Source: an uncultured Ignavibacteriales bacterium
GTDB taxonomy: Bacteria; Bacteroidota; Ignavibacteria; Ignavibacteriales; Ignavibacteriaceae
Length of the DNA: 64,000 nt
NCBI GenBank assembly: GCA_963764685.1
Contig: CAVXTT010000032.1
Location: 36,472-100,471, forward strand
Direction: 5' to 3'
In this document: in pieces, positions 1-9,577 of the stretch
Layout: each line of letters begins with the position of its first letter
Position numbering within the stretch: the stretch's first letter is position 1
The notes under the pieces: model-generated
Seen by the model: only the letters and a program-made list of their open reading frames with translations
What the model was told of the DNA's origin: nothing
Databases searched by the model: none
Position numbers and translations under genes: made by a program

Positions 1-40
1 AAGGGTACAGCTTTTAATTTTAATTTTTAAAGAGTAACAA

Positions 41-1879
41 ATGATAACTGAGAAAGAAATTCAGAGTTTAACTGAAGTTACGATCCGTTTTGCAGGTGAT
101 TCCGGTGACGGAATGCAGCTGACGGGGAGCCAGTTCAGTGATACTACTGCAATTTTAGGAAATGATCTTAGCACTTTACCTGATTATCCTGCCGAAATAA
201 GAGCCCCTTCAGGAACTATTTATGGTGTAAGCGGTTTCCAGCTTCACTTCGGCAGCGGCGATGTTTATACTCCGGGCGATCGTCCCGATGTTTTAGTTGC
301 AATGAATCCTGCAGCATTAAAAAAGAATCTGCCTGAATTAAAGCAGGGAGGTATAATCATTGTAAATACAGATTCATTTGATCTTAAAAACCTTAAACTT
401 GCCAAGTATGAAAATAATCCCCTGGAAGATAATTCGCTTGAAGGTTACAGAGTATATCCGGTGCCGGTTACAGCATTAACAGTCAAAGCCCTTGAGAGCT
501 CTAAGTTATCTCAGAAAGAAATATCAAGATGCAAGAATTTCTTTGCACTTGGTCTTATGTACTGGTTCTTTAACAGACCACTGGATCAGACACTTGAGTG
601 GATAAAAACTAAATTTAAGAAGAACCCTGATTTCATTGACGCAAATGAAAAAGCTTTAAAGGCAGGATATAATTTTGGCGAAAATACAGAAGTATTTACT
701 ACCCGCTATGAAGTTGATCCGGCAAAGTTACCGGCAGGTATTTACAGAAGCATTTCTGGTAATGAAGCTACGGCATTAGGATTATTAGCAGCATCAGTAA
801 AAAGCGGACTACCCTTATTTCTCGGTTCATATCCTATTACTCCTGCTTCTGAAATACTTCAATACCTGAGCAATTATAAAAACTTTGGAGTAAAAACATT
901 CCAGGCAGAAGATGAGATAGCAGGTGTTACATCAGCTATTGGAGCTGCATTTGCCGGTAACCTTGCTGTTACCAATACCAGTGGTCCGGGACTTGCTCTT
1001 AAAACAGAAGCAATCGGTCTTGCTGTAATGACGGAACTTCCACTTGTTATCGTTAATGTTCAGCGCGGCGGTCCCAGTACTGGACTACCGACAAAAACCG
1101 AGCAGGCTGATCTGCTCCAGGCAATGTACGGCAGAAATGGTGAAGCACCGGTTGCTGTACTTGCTGCTGCAACTCCAAGCGACTGTTTCTATATGGCGCT
1201 TGAGGCTGCAAGACTTGCAATAAAATTTATGAGTCCTGTAATTCTTTTAACCGACGGATATCTTGCAAACGGCTCAGAGCCGTGGAGAATACCGAAGAGT
1301 GCAGATCTTCCTGATATTCCTGTAAAGTTCCATACAACAAAAGAAGATTTCCAGCCTTACTCAAGAGATAAAAACCTTGCACGCCCGTGGGCTAAGCCCG
1401 GAACGCCGGGACTTGAGCACAGGATCGGGGGTCTCGAGAAGGCAAACATTACAGGTAATGTAAGCTACGACCCTGATAATCACGATAATATGATTCGTAT
1501 ACGCGAACAAAAAATTAAAAATATGGCTTTGGATATTCCGGAGCTTGTCATAGATGGTCCCCAGCAAGGAGATCTGCTGGTGTTAGGCTGGGGCGGAACA
1601 TATGGAGCAATTACAGAGTCAGTAATTAAAGTTAGAAAACAAGGCTATACTGTTTCGCAGGGTCACTTTAAATATATAAATCCCTTCCCTGCAAATACTG
1701 CTGATGTACTGAAACGGTTCAAGAAGGTACTGATCCCTGAAATAAACAGGGGACAACTTGCCAGTGTTATTAAGAGTGAATTCCTGACACCTGTTATCCA
1801 GTTTAACGTAGTAAGAGGATTACCGTTCAGAACGGCAGATATTCAGAAGAAAATAATTGAAATCCTGGAGGCTAAATAA
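41..1879 (+). CDS. korA: 2-oxoglutarate/2-oxoacid:ferredoxin oxidoreductase, alpha subunit (fused gamma+alpha domains)
   Basis: 612-aa ORF. N-terminal gamma-type domain (IRFAGDSGDGMQLTG) is followed by alpha-domain motifs (GSYPITPASEI, VQRGGPSTGLPTKTEQADL). A TPP-binding beta subunit follows directly. Confidence 0.9.
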   Translation: MITEKEIQSLTEVTIRFAGDSGDGMQLTGSQFSDTTAILGNDLSTLPDYPAEIRAPSGTIYGVSGFQLHFGSGDVYTPGDRPDVLVAMNPAALKKNLPELKQGGIIIVNTDSFDLKNLKLAKYENNPLEDNSLEGYRVYPVPVTALTVKALESSKLSQKEISRCKNFFALGLMYWFFNRPLDQTLEWIKTKFKKNPDFIDANEKALKAGYNFGENTEVFTTRYEVDPAKLPAGIYRSISGNEATALGLLAASVKSGLPLFLGSYPITPASEILQYLSNYKNFGVKTFQAEDEIAGVTSAIGAAFAGNLAVTNTSGPGLALKTEAIGLAVMTELPLVIVNVQRGGPSTGLPTKTEQADLLQAMYGRNGEAPVAVLAAATPSDCFYMALEAARLAIKFMSPVILLTDGYLANGSEPWRIPKSADLPDIPVKFHTTKEDFQPYSRDKNLARPWAKPGTPGLEHRIGGLEKANITGNVSYDPDNHDNMIRIREQKIKNMALDIPELVIDGPQQGDLLVLGWGGTYGAITESVIKVRKQGYTVSQGHFKYINPFPANTADVLKRFKKVLIPEINRGQLASVIKSEFLTPVIQFNVVRGLPFRTADIQKKIIEILEAK

Positions 1880-2914
1880 TGGCAGATATGGAAATTAAAG
1901 AAGTTAAGCTTAACGGCAAAAGATTTTTCATCCGATCAGGATGTAAGATGGTGCCCCGGATGCGGTGATTACTCTATTCTTGCACAGGTACAGCGTACAT
2001 TTCCTGAAATAATCGAAGTGCCAAAAGAGAATATAGCATTTATTTCCGGTATCGGATGCTCATCCCGTTTCCCATATTATATGAGTACATACGGGTTCCA
2101 CGGCATTCACGGAAGAGCACCGGCAATAGCTACAGGAGTTAAAATTGCCAATCCTGAACTGTCCGTCTGGGTAGCAACGGGCGATGGTGATCTTTTATCT
2201 ATCGGCGGCAATCATTTTATACATGCCTGCAGAAAGAACATTGATCTGAAAATACTTCTGTTCAACAACAGGATATATGGTTTGACTAAAGGGCAGTACA
2301 GCCCTACCAGTGAAAAAGGAAAGGTAACAAAGACAACTCCATTCGGAAGTGTTGACTATCCTTTCAATGCTGTATCTCTTGCAATAGGAGCACACGCTAC
2401 ATTTGTTGCACGCGCATTGGACAGCAATCCAAAACATCTGCAGCAGATGCTTAGGAGAGCAGGACAGCATAAAGGTGCTGCTTTCATAGAGATATTCCAG
2501 AATTGTGTAATTTACAATGATGGTGCATTTGATGAACTTGCAGATAAGGCAACAAGGGACGATAAGGTACTTCTCCTTGAACACGGTAAACCAATGATAT
2601 TTGGAAAGAACAAGGACAAGGGAATAAAGCTGGACGGAATGACCCCTGTCGTTGTAAACATTAATGAAAACGGAAATAGTATAAACGATATTCTTGTACA
2701 CAATGAATTTGAAAAAACTTCTGTTCTTGCAATGATGCTGGCTAACTTTGATGAAGACCCGTTACTTCCTACTCCCATCGGGGTCTACCGTCAGGTCATC
2801 AAAGAAACTTATGATCAAGGGATCGAGAACCAGATAAAGAATGTCAAACAGAAGAAGGGAGAGGGGAACCTGGATCAATTGCTGTTCAGTTCCAACACCT
2901 GGACAGTAAAATAA
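1879..2914 (+). pseudogene. korB: 2-oxoacid:ferredoxin oxidoreductase beta subunit (TPP-binding), frame interrupted near the 5' end
   Basis: Motifs DQDVRWCPGCGDYSIL, GIGCSSRFPYY and GDGD. The conserved N-terminus is open from 1880 in the frame of ORF 2018..2914 but has no start codon. ATG 1879 (ATGA overlap with the korA stop) is in the adjacent frame. Removing one A at 1912-1913 gives MADMEIKEVKLTAKDFSSDQ... Confidence 0.85.
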
Positions 2915-2939
2915 ATTATTCGTACTTACCTACCATTCT

Positions 2940-2974
2940 AAAGACCGGGGCACCAACCCGGTCTTTCTTGTTTT
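2940..2974 (+). terminator. rho-independent terminator after korB
   Basis: Stem AAAGACCGGG (2940-2949) pairs with CCCGGTCTTT (2957-2966), then TCTTGTTTT. It lies 26 nt after the korB stop. Confidence 0.75.
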
Positions 2975-3507
2975 AAATAATAACAACTGAAATAATTCTA
3001 TAATTGGATTGCTGGATATTGCGAATCTCTGAGGAAATATGTCATTCTATTAATGTGTCGTCCCTCCAGGGACTAAGCAGGTAATAATTGTAATTATTTC
3101 CTACCCACCCCGTTCCAAACGGGGTGCTAGCGAGACAAAATTATTAGATGTTCTATTATTTACAGCCTTTGAGGATCAACCGGCTCAAAACCGGTTGAGG
3201 ACAAATACCAATAGAATTTTCTTTTTTTCTTGAAGCTTCCTTCAGGATGCTTATCTCAGAATGCCGTACAAAAAGTAAAATGCTGCACAATTGTCACTCT
3301 AACACCCTGCTTCCATAGCTGGGTGAGAGATGATGTATGGCGGTTAATAATTTCTATTTCGGTCCTAAGAAACTTTATCGTTTATTCGGGATCATATTAA
3401 TAGATTTATCACCCTATAGGAACATCAGTCCGAATGATTTATCATTGTTTATCCTCCGTTACAGGGTTATATTTATAGGCTAAAATATTTTTATAAGAAG
3501 GATTTAA

Positions 3508-5352
3508 GTGAATTTCAGAAGTGATATCAGGAATATTGCAATAATTGCACACGTTGATCATGGTAAGACAACATTAGTCGATCATATGCTTAAACAGACA
3601 GGGGCGTTCAGGGCAAACCAGCAGGTAGAAAAAAGAGTTATGGATTCCAATGCTCTCGAAAAAGAGAGAGGAATAACCATCCTTGCTAAAAATCTAAGCG
3701 TTACTTATGACCATATTAAAATCAATATTATAGATACTCCCGGCCACGCAGATTTCGGCGGAGAAGTTGAACGTACCCTAAGAATGGTGGATGGTGTGCT
3801 TCTGCTTGTCGATGCCGCAGAAGGACCACTGCCGCAGACTAAATTTGTGCTGAAGAAATCTCTTGATCTTGGACTAAAACCAATAGTTGTAATAAATAAA
3901 ATAGACCGCAAGGATGCACGGCCCAATGAGGTTCTTGATGAAGTGTTTGATCTGTTTGTTTCCCTTGGCGCTTCCGAGCAGCAGCTTGATTTTCCTTTTG
4001 TATATGCCGTAGCAAAGCAGGGTATAGCTAAAATAAATCTTGAAGATGAAAGCGACAACCTTAAACCTCTCTTTGATGCGATCGTAAACAAGGTCCCTCA
4101 TCCGGCAGCGGATATTGAGGAGCCGTTCCAGATGCTGATCTCAGCTATTGATTATAATGATTATCTTGGCAGAATAGGTATAGGCAGAATTACCAATGGT
4201 GTTGTTAAATCAGGCGATAATATTGTCATGATCACCAAGGAAGGGGAGAAGAGCACTTCTAAAATTACAAGGCTTTATTCCTTTGAGAATATTAAACGAG
4301 TTGATGCTGATGAACTTACCGCAGGAGATATTGGAGCAATTGCCGGTCTTGAAGATGTGGATATAGGTGATACGATTGCCTCCCCTCTGAAACCGGAAGC
4401 ACTTCCTTTTGTTGCAATCGATGAACCTACAATTACTATGAACTTTATGGTGAATAATGCTCCCTTTGCCGGACTGGAAGGAAGATATGTTACTACAAGA
4501 AATATAAGTGAAAGATTATCCAGGGAATTGAAATCAAATGTAAGCCTGATGGTTGAAATGACGGATTCTCCTGATGTATTTAAAGTCAGCGGAAGAGGAG
4601 AACTGCATCTTGCCATTCTCATTGAAAATATGAGAAGGGAAGGATATGAACTGCAGCTAAGCAAACCTCAGGTTATTTTGAAAAGGATCGATGATGTTGT
4701 CTGCGAACCGATCGAACATGTAATTATTGATGTTCCGGAAGAATTTGTAGGTACTGTGATAGAAAAGCTCGGCAAGCGGAAAGCCGAAATGAAGAATATG
4801 CTGAACTTTAATGAGAATACCAGAATTGAATTTCTTGTACCGGCAAGAGGACTTATCGGCTACCGGGCAGAATTTATGACAGATACAAAAGGAACCGGCA
4901 TATTACATCATAACTACCACAGTTATGAACCTTTTAAGGGAGAAATTACTCACAGGATACGAGGGGCGCTGGTTGCAATGGAGACCGGAATTGCTTCTGC
5001 TTATGCAATGTTTAAGCTTCAGGAACGCTCGGTATTCTTCATCAATCCGGGAACAAAAGTATACGAGGGAATGGTTGTCGGAGAAAATTCAAGAAGCAAT
5101 GATATGCACGTTAATGTTACCAAGACCAAGCAGCTATCAAATATGAGGGCATCCGGAGCAGATGAAGCTATCAGGCTGGAGCCGCCGATAATTCTTACTC
5201 TTGAACAGGCTATTGAATGGATAACTGATGATGAATTTGTTGAAGTAACACCGGAGAGCATAAGAATAAGAAAGAAATATCTTACCGATATGGACAGGAA
5301 AAATGCCAGACTGGCAGCCAAGCAGAAAGAAACTGCAGAACAGGCAGGTTAA
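3508..5352 (+). CDS. typA: translational GTPase TypA/BipA
   Basis: 614 aa with a GTG start. G-domain motifs AIIAHVDHGKTTLVD, DTPGHADF and NKIDR, with a BipA-type domain order and C-terminus. Confidence 0.92.
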   Translation: MNFRSDIRNIAIIAHVDHGKTTLVDHMLKQTGAFRANQQVEKRVMDSNALEKERGITILAKNLSVTYDHIKINIIDTPGHADFGGEVERTLRMVDGVLLLVDAAEGPLPQTKFVLKKSLDLGLKPIVVINKIDRKDARPNEVLDEVFDLFVSLGASEQQLDFPFVYAVAKQGIAKINLEDESDNLKPLFDAIVNKVPHPAADIEEPFQMLISAIDYNDYLGRIGIGRITNGVVKSGDNIVMITKEGEKSTSKITRLYSFENIKRVDADELTAGDIGAIAGLEDVDIGDTIASPLKPEALPFVAIDEPTITMNFMVNNAPFAGLEGRYVTTRNISERLSRELKSNVSLMVEMTDSPDVFKVSGRGELHLAILIENMRREGYELQLSKPQVILKRIDDVVCEPIEHVIIDVPEEFVGTVIEKLGKRKAEMKNMLNFNENTRIEFLVPARGLIGYRAEFMTDTKGTGILHHNYHSYEPFKGEITHRIRGALVAMETGIASAYAMFKLQERSVFFINPGTKVYEGMVVGENSRSNDMHVNVTKTKQLSNMRASGADEAIRLEPPIILTLEQAIEWITDDEFVEVTPESIRIRKKYLTDMDRKNARLAAKQKETAEQAG

Positions 5353-5738
5353 GCACAGGCAGTGCACCTGCAGTATTCATATATCTCCTCATAACCATAA
5401 TCTATTGTAAGCTCGCTTCCCGCAGGTATTTCCTTTGCGGCTACAAGAAATAAGGTTGATTCATCCCTGTCCTCAACTAAACAGTTATAATCACAGTTAT
5501 GGTTGATGTATTTTATCTTGTCAGTACCGGTTGTATCAATGTAAGTATCACCGTTCCAGAATATATAAACATTACCGAACTCTTCCCGTCTCTCGCATTC
5601 GTCACCTGATATTACTTCCCCGGAGATTATCATAATGATCTCGTCCCAGGTCTTGATATCAACTGTAGTAAAAAGACCTGAGCCGTGAATAACAGAATCT
5701 TTTACGTGAATAAACTTCTCGATTGTATTGCTTTCCAT
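5349..5738 (-). CDS. SET domain-containing protein (putative protein-lysine methyltransferase)
   Basis: 129 aa. SET signatures NHNCDYNC and ELTIDYG, plus a C-terminal Cys cluster (CRCTAC). Its stop shares the tetranucleotide TTAA with the convergent typA stop. Confidence 0.75.
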   Translation of the reverse strand: MESNTIEKFIHVKDSVIHGSGLFTTVDIKTWDEIIMIISGEVISGDECERREEFGNVYIFWNGDTYIDTTGTDKIKYINHNCDYNCLVEDRDESTLFLVAAKEIPAGSELTIDYGYEEIYEYCRCTACA

Positions 5739-5782
5739 AAATGAATTTTGAATTAGGAAGAGTGTGAAGTTAAAGAAAATAA

Positions 5783-7494
5783 TTGATTATTAAAACTGTG
5801 AGTCATAATTTGACATATCACATTTATTTCAAAGGATACATAAAGTTGAAAGTGATCATACTTCTGATTTGCTTTTTTGTTTCTTCAGCTGCACCGCAAT
5901 TGGTCACATCATCAGAGCATCTTCAGTTCCCGGAAACAGTTGCCGGAATGAGTGATAGTCTTAGTTTAACAATCTCCAATAACTCAGGAGTTGATTTAAC
6001 CGTAAGTGCTTTCCGGCATTATTCTCCCAGGTTTACTTTTTCTGATTCACTGTTTACACTCGCACCAGTCGGAGAAATAACTTTATGGATCTATTATTCC
6101 CCTGTTCAGAATGTAATTGATAATGACCTGTTGATATACGAGACGGCTTCCGGCGAAGCATTGTCTGTTACTCTTTCCGGCTCGGGTAAGTATAATGACA
6201 ATTATCAGAATACTACTTTCAATCTTTACGATAATTCTTTGAAGAGCGCATTATTGAATCTTGTGAATAACCAGACTGTACTTGGTTATAACCTGGCGCG
6301 TGATAAAATGTATATGGAAATTGATAATAAGAGAGTAAACGGACAGGGCGCACCGGTCAATACTCTTGAATGTGTATATACCGGCAGGGAGGCTGTGGGC
6401 TATATCGACCGGATAGACTGTCAGAATAATTACGGCTTCAATACCGAACATACCTGGCCGCAGTCATATTTTGGTTCCGTTGACCCGATGGTATCAGATC
6501 TGAATCATCTTTATCCTACAGATGCCACGGCTAATAATATCCGCGGGAATCTTCATTTCGGCAGGGTAGTGTCAAATATCGAATGGCAGGTCGGTGGAAG
6601 CAAAAAAGGGAAAGATAGTCTTTTTGAAACTGTATTCGAGCCAAGGGATGTTCACAAAGGAAATATTGCAAGATCACTCTTTTATTTTACGGTCCGTTAT
6701 ACCAATATGGGGAACTTCCTTGATCAGAAGCAGGAAGATCTTTTCAGGATATGGAATTATTCAGATCCTGCAGATACGATTGAGCGGAAGAGAAATTCTG
6801 ATGTAGCTTTATATCAGCTGAAGAGAAATCCTTTTATTGACCATCCTGAATTTATCGACAGGATTTACAGCTTCAGGACAAACCAGGAGCGTCCCAAATA
6901 TGCTTTAATGGAACTGCTTCCCGATGAATTATTATTTGATTCAACCGATACGGGTGATACATCATCAGTTTTCTTTTACCTGCTCAATGAAGGAAATGAT
7001 GTATTATCTGTAACAAGCATATTAACCGGTGAACCTTTTGCGATTAACAATTTCCCCCTGCAGGTTGATGCTTATTCATACGAGAAAATATCAGTTTCAT
7101 TTATACCTGAAGCAGCAGGTTGGTATAACAGCAGCGTGATCGTTACCAGCAGTACAGGCACGGATACTGTTCTTGTAACGGTTATGGCACCGGGAATATC
7201 TCTTTTGCAGAGAATGAAAAAGAGTACCCGCAGGAATTTAATTTGTGTCAGAATTATCCCAATCCGTTTAATCCATCTACAGCAATTGTGTACAGTATCC
7301 CGAACACTGCGGTCGTTACCATAAAGGTATATGATATTCTCGGAAATGAAGTATCGGTACTGGTTAATGAAGTTAAAGAAAGAGGAACGCACAGAATAAA
7401 TTTCAGCAGCAACGGACTGTCGAGCGGAGTATATTACTATAAATTAGATGCAGGGGAATATAGTACTGCTAAAAAGATGCTAGTTATGAAATAA
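5783..7494 (+). pseudogene. secreted endonuclease I family nuclease with T9SS C-terminal sorting domain, frame interrupted
   Basis: Endonuclease I motifs NTEHTWPQS, NHLYPTD, HKGNIARSLFYF and RNPFIDHPE, with a signal peptide and flanking Ig-like beta domains. The sorting domain (NYPNPFNPST...KKMLVMK, ORF 7243..7494) is in another frame, with the break around 7140-7240. The true start may be TTG 5846. Confidence 0.8.
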
Positions 7495-7686
7495 GTCAGT
7501 TGTTCGGGATAGTATCCCGATATAGGAAACTTACTTTTATGGCTGATCCTTCCTAAAAGTCCAATTAATTGCCAATAAATTCTCATTATCTAATGAGTGA
7601 GCAATTATGATGCATTTCGACAAAAATCGACTAAAAACTAATATAAAGTTAATATCAGGATTGCCCTGCTAATCGTCATACAATTC

Positions 7687-7769
7687 TGATGTAACCCTGA
7701 TCTAATCTCATATTTGTATAATAGTGAGGATTAGATGAGGATTAGATCAGGATTAGATGAGGATTAGAA
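7687..7769. repeat. 11-bp tandem-repeat imperfect palindrome, copy A
   Basis: Left arm TGATGTAACCCTGATCTAATCTCAT (7687-7711). Right arm has four head-to-tail 11-mers: GAGGATTAGAT x2, CAGGATTAGAT, GAGGATTAGAA (7726-7769). The left arm is the near reverse complement of two units. A second copy is at 40570-40665. Confidence 0.85.
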
Positions 7770-7917
7770 GACATTTCCTGGGTAAAAAATTAAGTGGAGC
7801 TGAAATTAGAACCGGGAGTCTCTTTTTGGCAAAATCAGGTATTACTGCTTCCGGTTGGAGCAGTTATAGTATAATTTGAGGAATAAGGCAGAATATGCGA
7901 GCCCGGGTTACAGATCC

Positions 7918-8548
7918 TTAACTTTTAAGCTTACCTGTTATGTAACCAAGAGCTGCATCGCACTCTTTCTTTATATTATCGGTCATTACTTCGGCTCGCC
8001 TTGCAAGCTCGGCAGCCTGCATATTCGACTGCAGTCCGCTGCAATTTATAAGCACATTAAGTAAAGCACCGGATGCAGCCGTGGAAAGAAGTGATAAGGC
8101 CACTCCTGCATCTGAAAGGGAATTCTGATTACCGATGAGTACAATTCTTTTTATATTCGGAAGGATCTCATTGCATTTATCGATTACCTCTGCCGGAACT
8201 AATGCTGCCTGGTAATTAGTTTCATCAATACGTTCGGCTCTTATTTTCTTTTCTTCATCTGTTTCCTTAGGAAGCTTAAATGCTTCCATTACTTTATCGA
8301 AAGCTTCATTATCTTTTCGTCCAAGCTCCTGCATTTGTAGTACTAAGACTTTCCAGCTTATCTTTAATCTTGCCGACTTCATCCTGCACATCCGCATATT
8401 TCTTCTTACCGAAAGTAAGATTGCATACCATTACTCCCAGGCTGCATGCCAGCACAGCTGATAATGCCGCTACATTACCCCCGCCGGGAGTAGGGGAGTT
8501 TGATGATAAATCATCGAGATATTTTTTTAATGTGAGATCTAAATTCAT
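7918..8548 (-). pseudogene. formimidoyltetrahydrofolate cyclodeaminase domain protein, frame interrupted
   Basis: N-part SPTPGGGNVAALSAVLACSLGVM (8548..8309) and C-part DNEAFDKVMEAFKLPK...GNQNSLSDAGVA (8397..7918) lie in two frames. They join if the T3 run at 8350-8352 is one base shorter. Confidence 0.8.
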
Positions 8549-8560
8549 TTGTTTACCTTT

Positions 8561-9577
8561 TTATATCATATAATCAATAATTTTTTGTTCTTTTATGAAG
8601 GGGTTAAGACTGCTTAACCCGAGCCGTTCAATGGCGGCATCTACAAGGACCTTCTCCTCTTTAACCGAATCCCCTAAGTAATACCTGCCGGCCTGCAGAA
8701 GCGCCTCAAGCGGTACGAGTCCTACTATCTCACTCCCGCTTATAGCTGTTCCCATTCTCTCTGCTTCTTTTTTTACTTCTTCAAAAGCCGTATGGATGGG
8801 AGTAATATTATAATTTGTCAGGTTCATCGAAACCTGTGTGATATTATATTTCTCCAATGATACGCCCATTCCTTTTACACTTTTGAGTTTTCCAGGTATG
8901 TTAACATTCTTCCCGTTAACTTTTATGATATTTCCCTGGTCGTCACGCTGCGGTCTGCCCGATTCCCTCAGCAGCTCGGCAATTTCTTTTGCATACTTAA
9001 TATCAGTGGATTTAATATTTACATTATAAGCTACAAGAAAAAATCTTGCACCAGTTACTATTCCTCCAAGTTTGGGGTTGAATTTTGCCTTACCGAAATC
9101 CGGCATCCACTCCGGGGATTTAAGTTTTTCCTCTAAGCCTTCATACTCTCCTTTGCGGATATTGGCAAGATTCCTTCTTTCAGGTTTGCGTGCAGAATGT
9201 TCATACAGGAAAACAGGCACATCCAGTTCTGCAGAAATCCTTTTTCCGTATTCCTCTGCGATCCTGGAGCACTCATCCATATCCACATTCTTTACAGGGA
9301 TAAAAGGCACAACATCGATAGCCCCCATCCGCGGGTGCTCTCCCTTATGGATGGTCATATCAATTAACGAAGCTGCTGCCCTTGATGCATTTACGGCCCC
9401 TTCAAGTATCCCTATCTCATCTCCGGCCATTGTTACAACCACCCGGTTATAATCTGCATCGGGCTCCAGATTCAACAGCTTAACCCCCGCTGTCCTGTTA
9501 ATTGCATCAGTAACTGCCTCGAATAATTTTGGATTTCTTCCTTCACTGAAATTTGGTACGCATTCAATTATTTTCAA
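8561..9577 (-). CDS. ftcD: glutamate formimidoyltransferase
   Basis: 338 aa starting MKIIECVPNFSEGR, the hallmark N-terminus of the formiminotransferase domain. It sits between hutI and the cyclodeaminase gene. Confidence 0.88.
   Translation of the reverse strand: MKIIECVPNFSEGRNPKLFEAVTDAINRTAGVKLLNLEPDADYNRVVVTMAGDEIGILEGAVNASRAAASLIDMTIHKGEHPRMGAIDVVPFIPVKNVDMDECSRIAEEYGKRISAELDVPVFLYEHSARKPERRNLANIRKGEYEGLEEKLKSPEWMPDFGKAKFNPKLGGIVTGARFFLVAYNVNIKSTDIKYAKEIAELLRESGRPQRDDQGNIIKVNGKNVNIPGKLKSVKGMGVSLEKYNITQVSMNLTNYNITPIHTAFEEVKKEAERMGTAISGSEIVGLVPLEALLQAGRYYLGDSVKEEKVLVDAAIERLGLSSLNPFIKEQKIIDYMI

Noticed and set aside
3060-3198. The three hairpins in the korB-typA spacer as a degenerate CRISPR or REP array.
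   Set aside because: The three stems share no sequence with each other or with anything else in the window, so they are not repeats. They are reported only as unexplained structure.
1361-4664. Many listed ORFs lie antisense to or out of frame within strong genes. Examples are 1361..1567, 2195..2701, 2512..2778, 3705..4091, 4275..4664, 9072..9452, 22568..22885, 26759..27091, 50197..50577 and 63415..63684.
   Set aside because: They lie entirely inside well-supported genes on the other strand or frame. They have low-complexity or hydrophobic nonsense composition and carry no motifs, so they are shadow ORFs.
7691-7711. Resemblance of the left arm (AACCCTGATCTAATC) to the TPP riboswitch ACCTGATCTGGATAATGCCAGCG core.
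   Set aside because: The CTGAGA element, the pyrimidine-sensor helix and the rest of the TPP consensus are absent. There are no thiamine genes downstream, and copy A has no downstream same-strand gene at all.
7726-7769. The 11-mer arrays at 7.7 kb and 40.6 kb as a CRISPR array.
   Set aside because: The units are 11 bp and directly abutting, with no spacers. There are only 4-5 copies and no cas genes. This is not CRISPR architecture.
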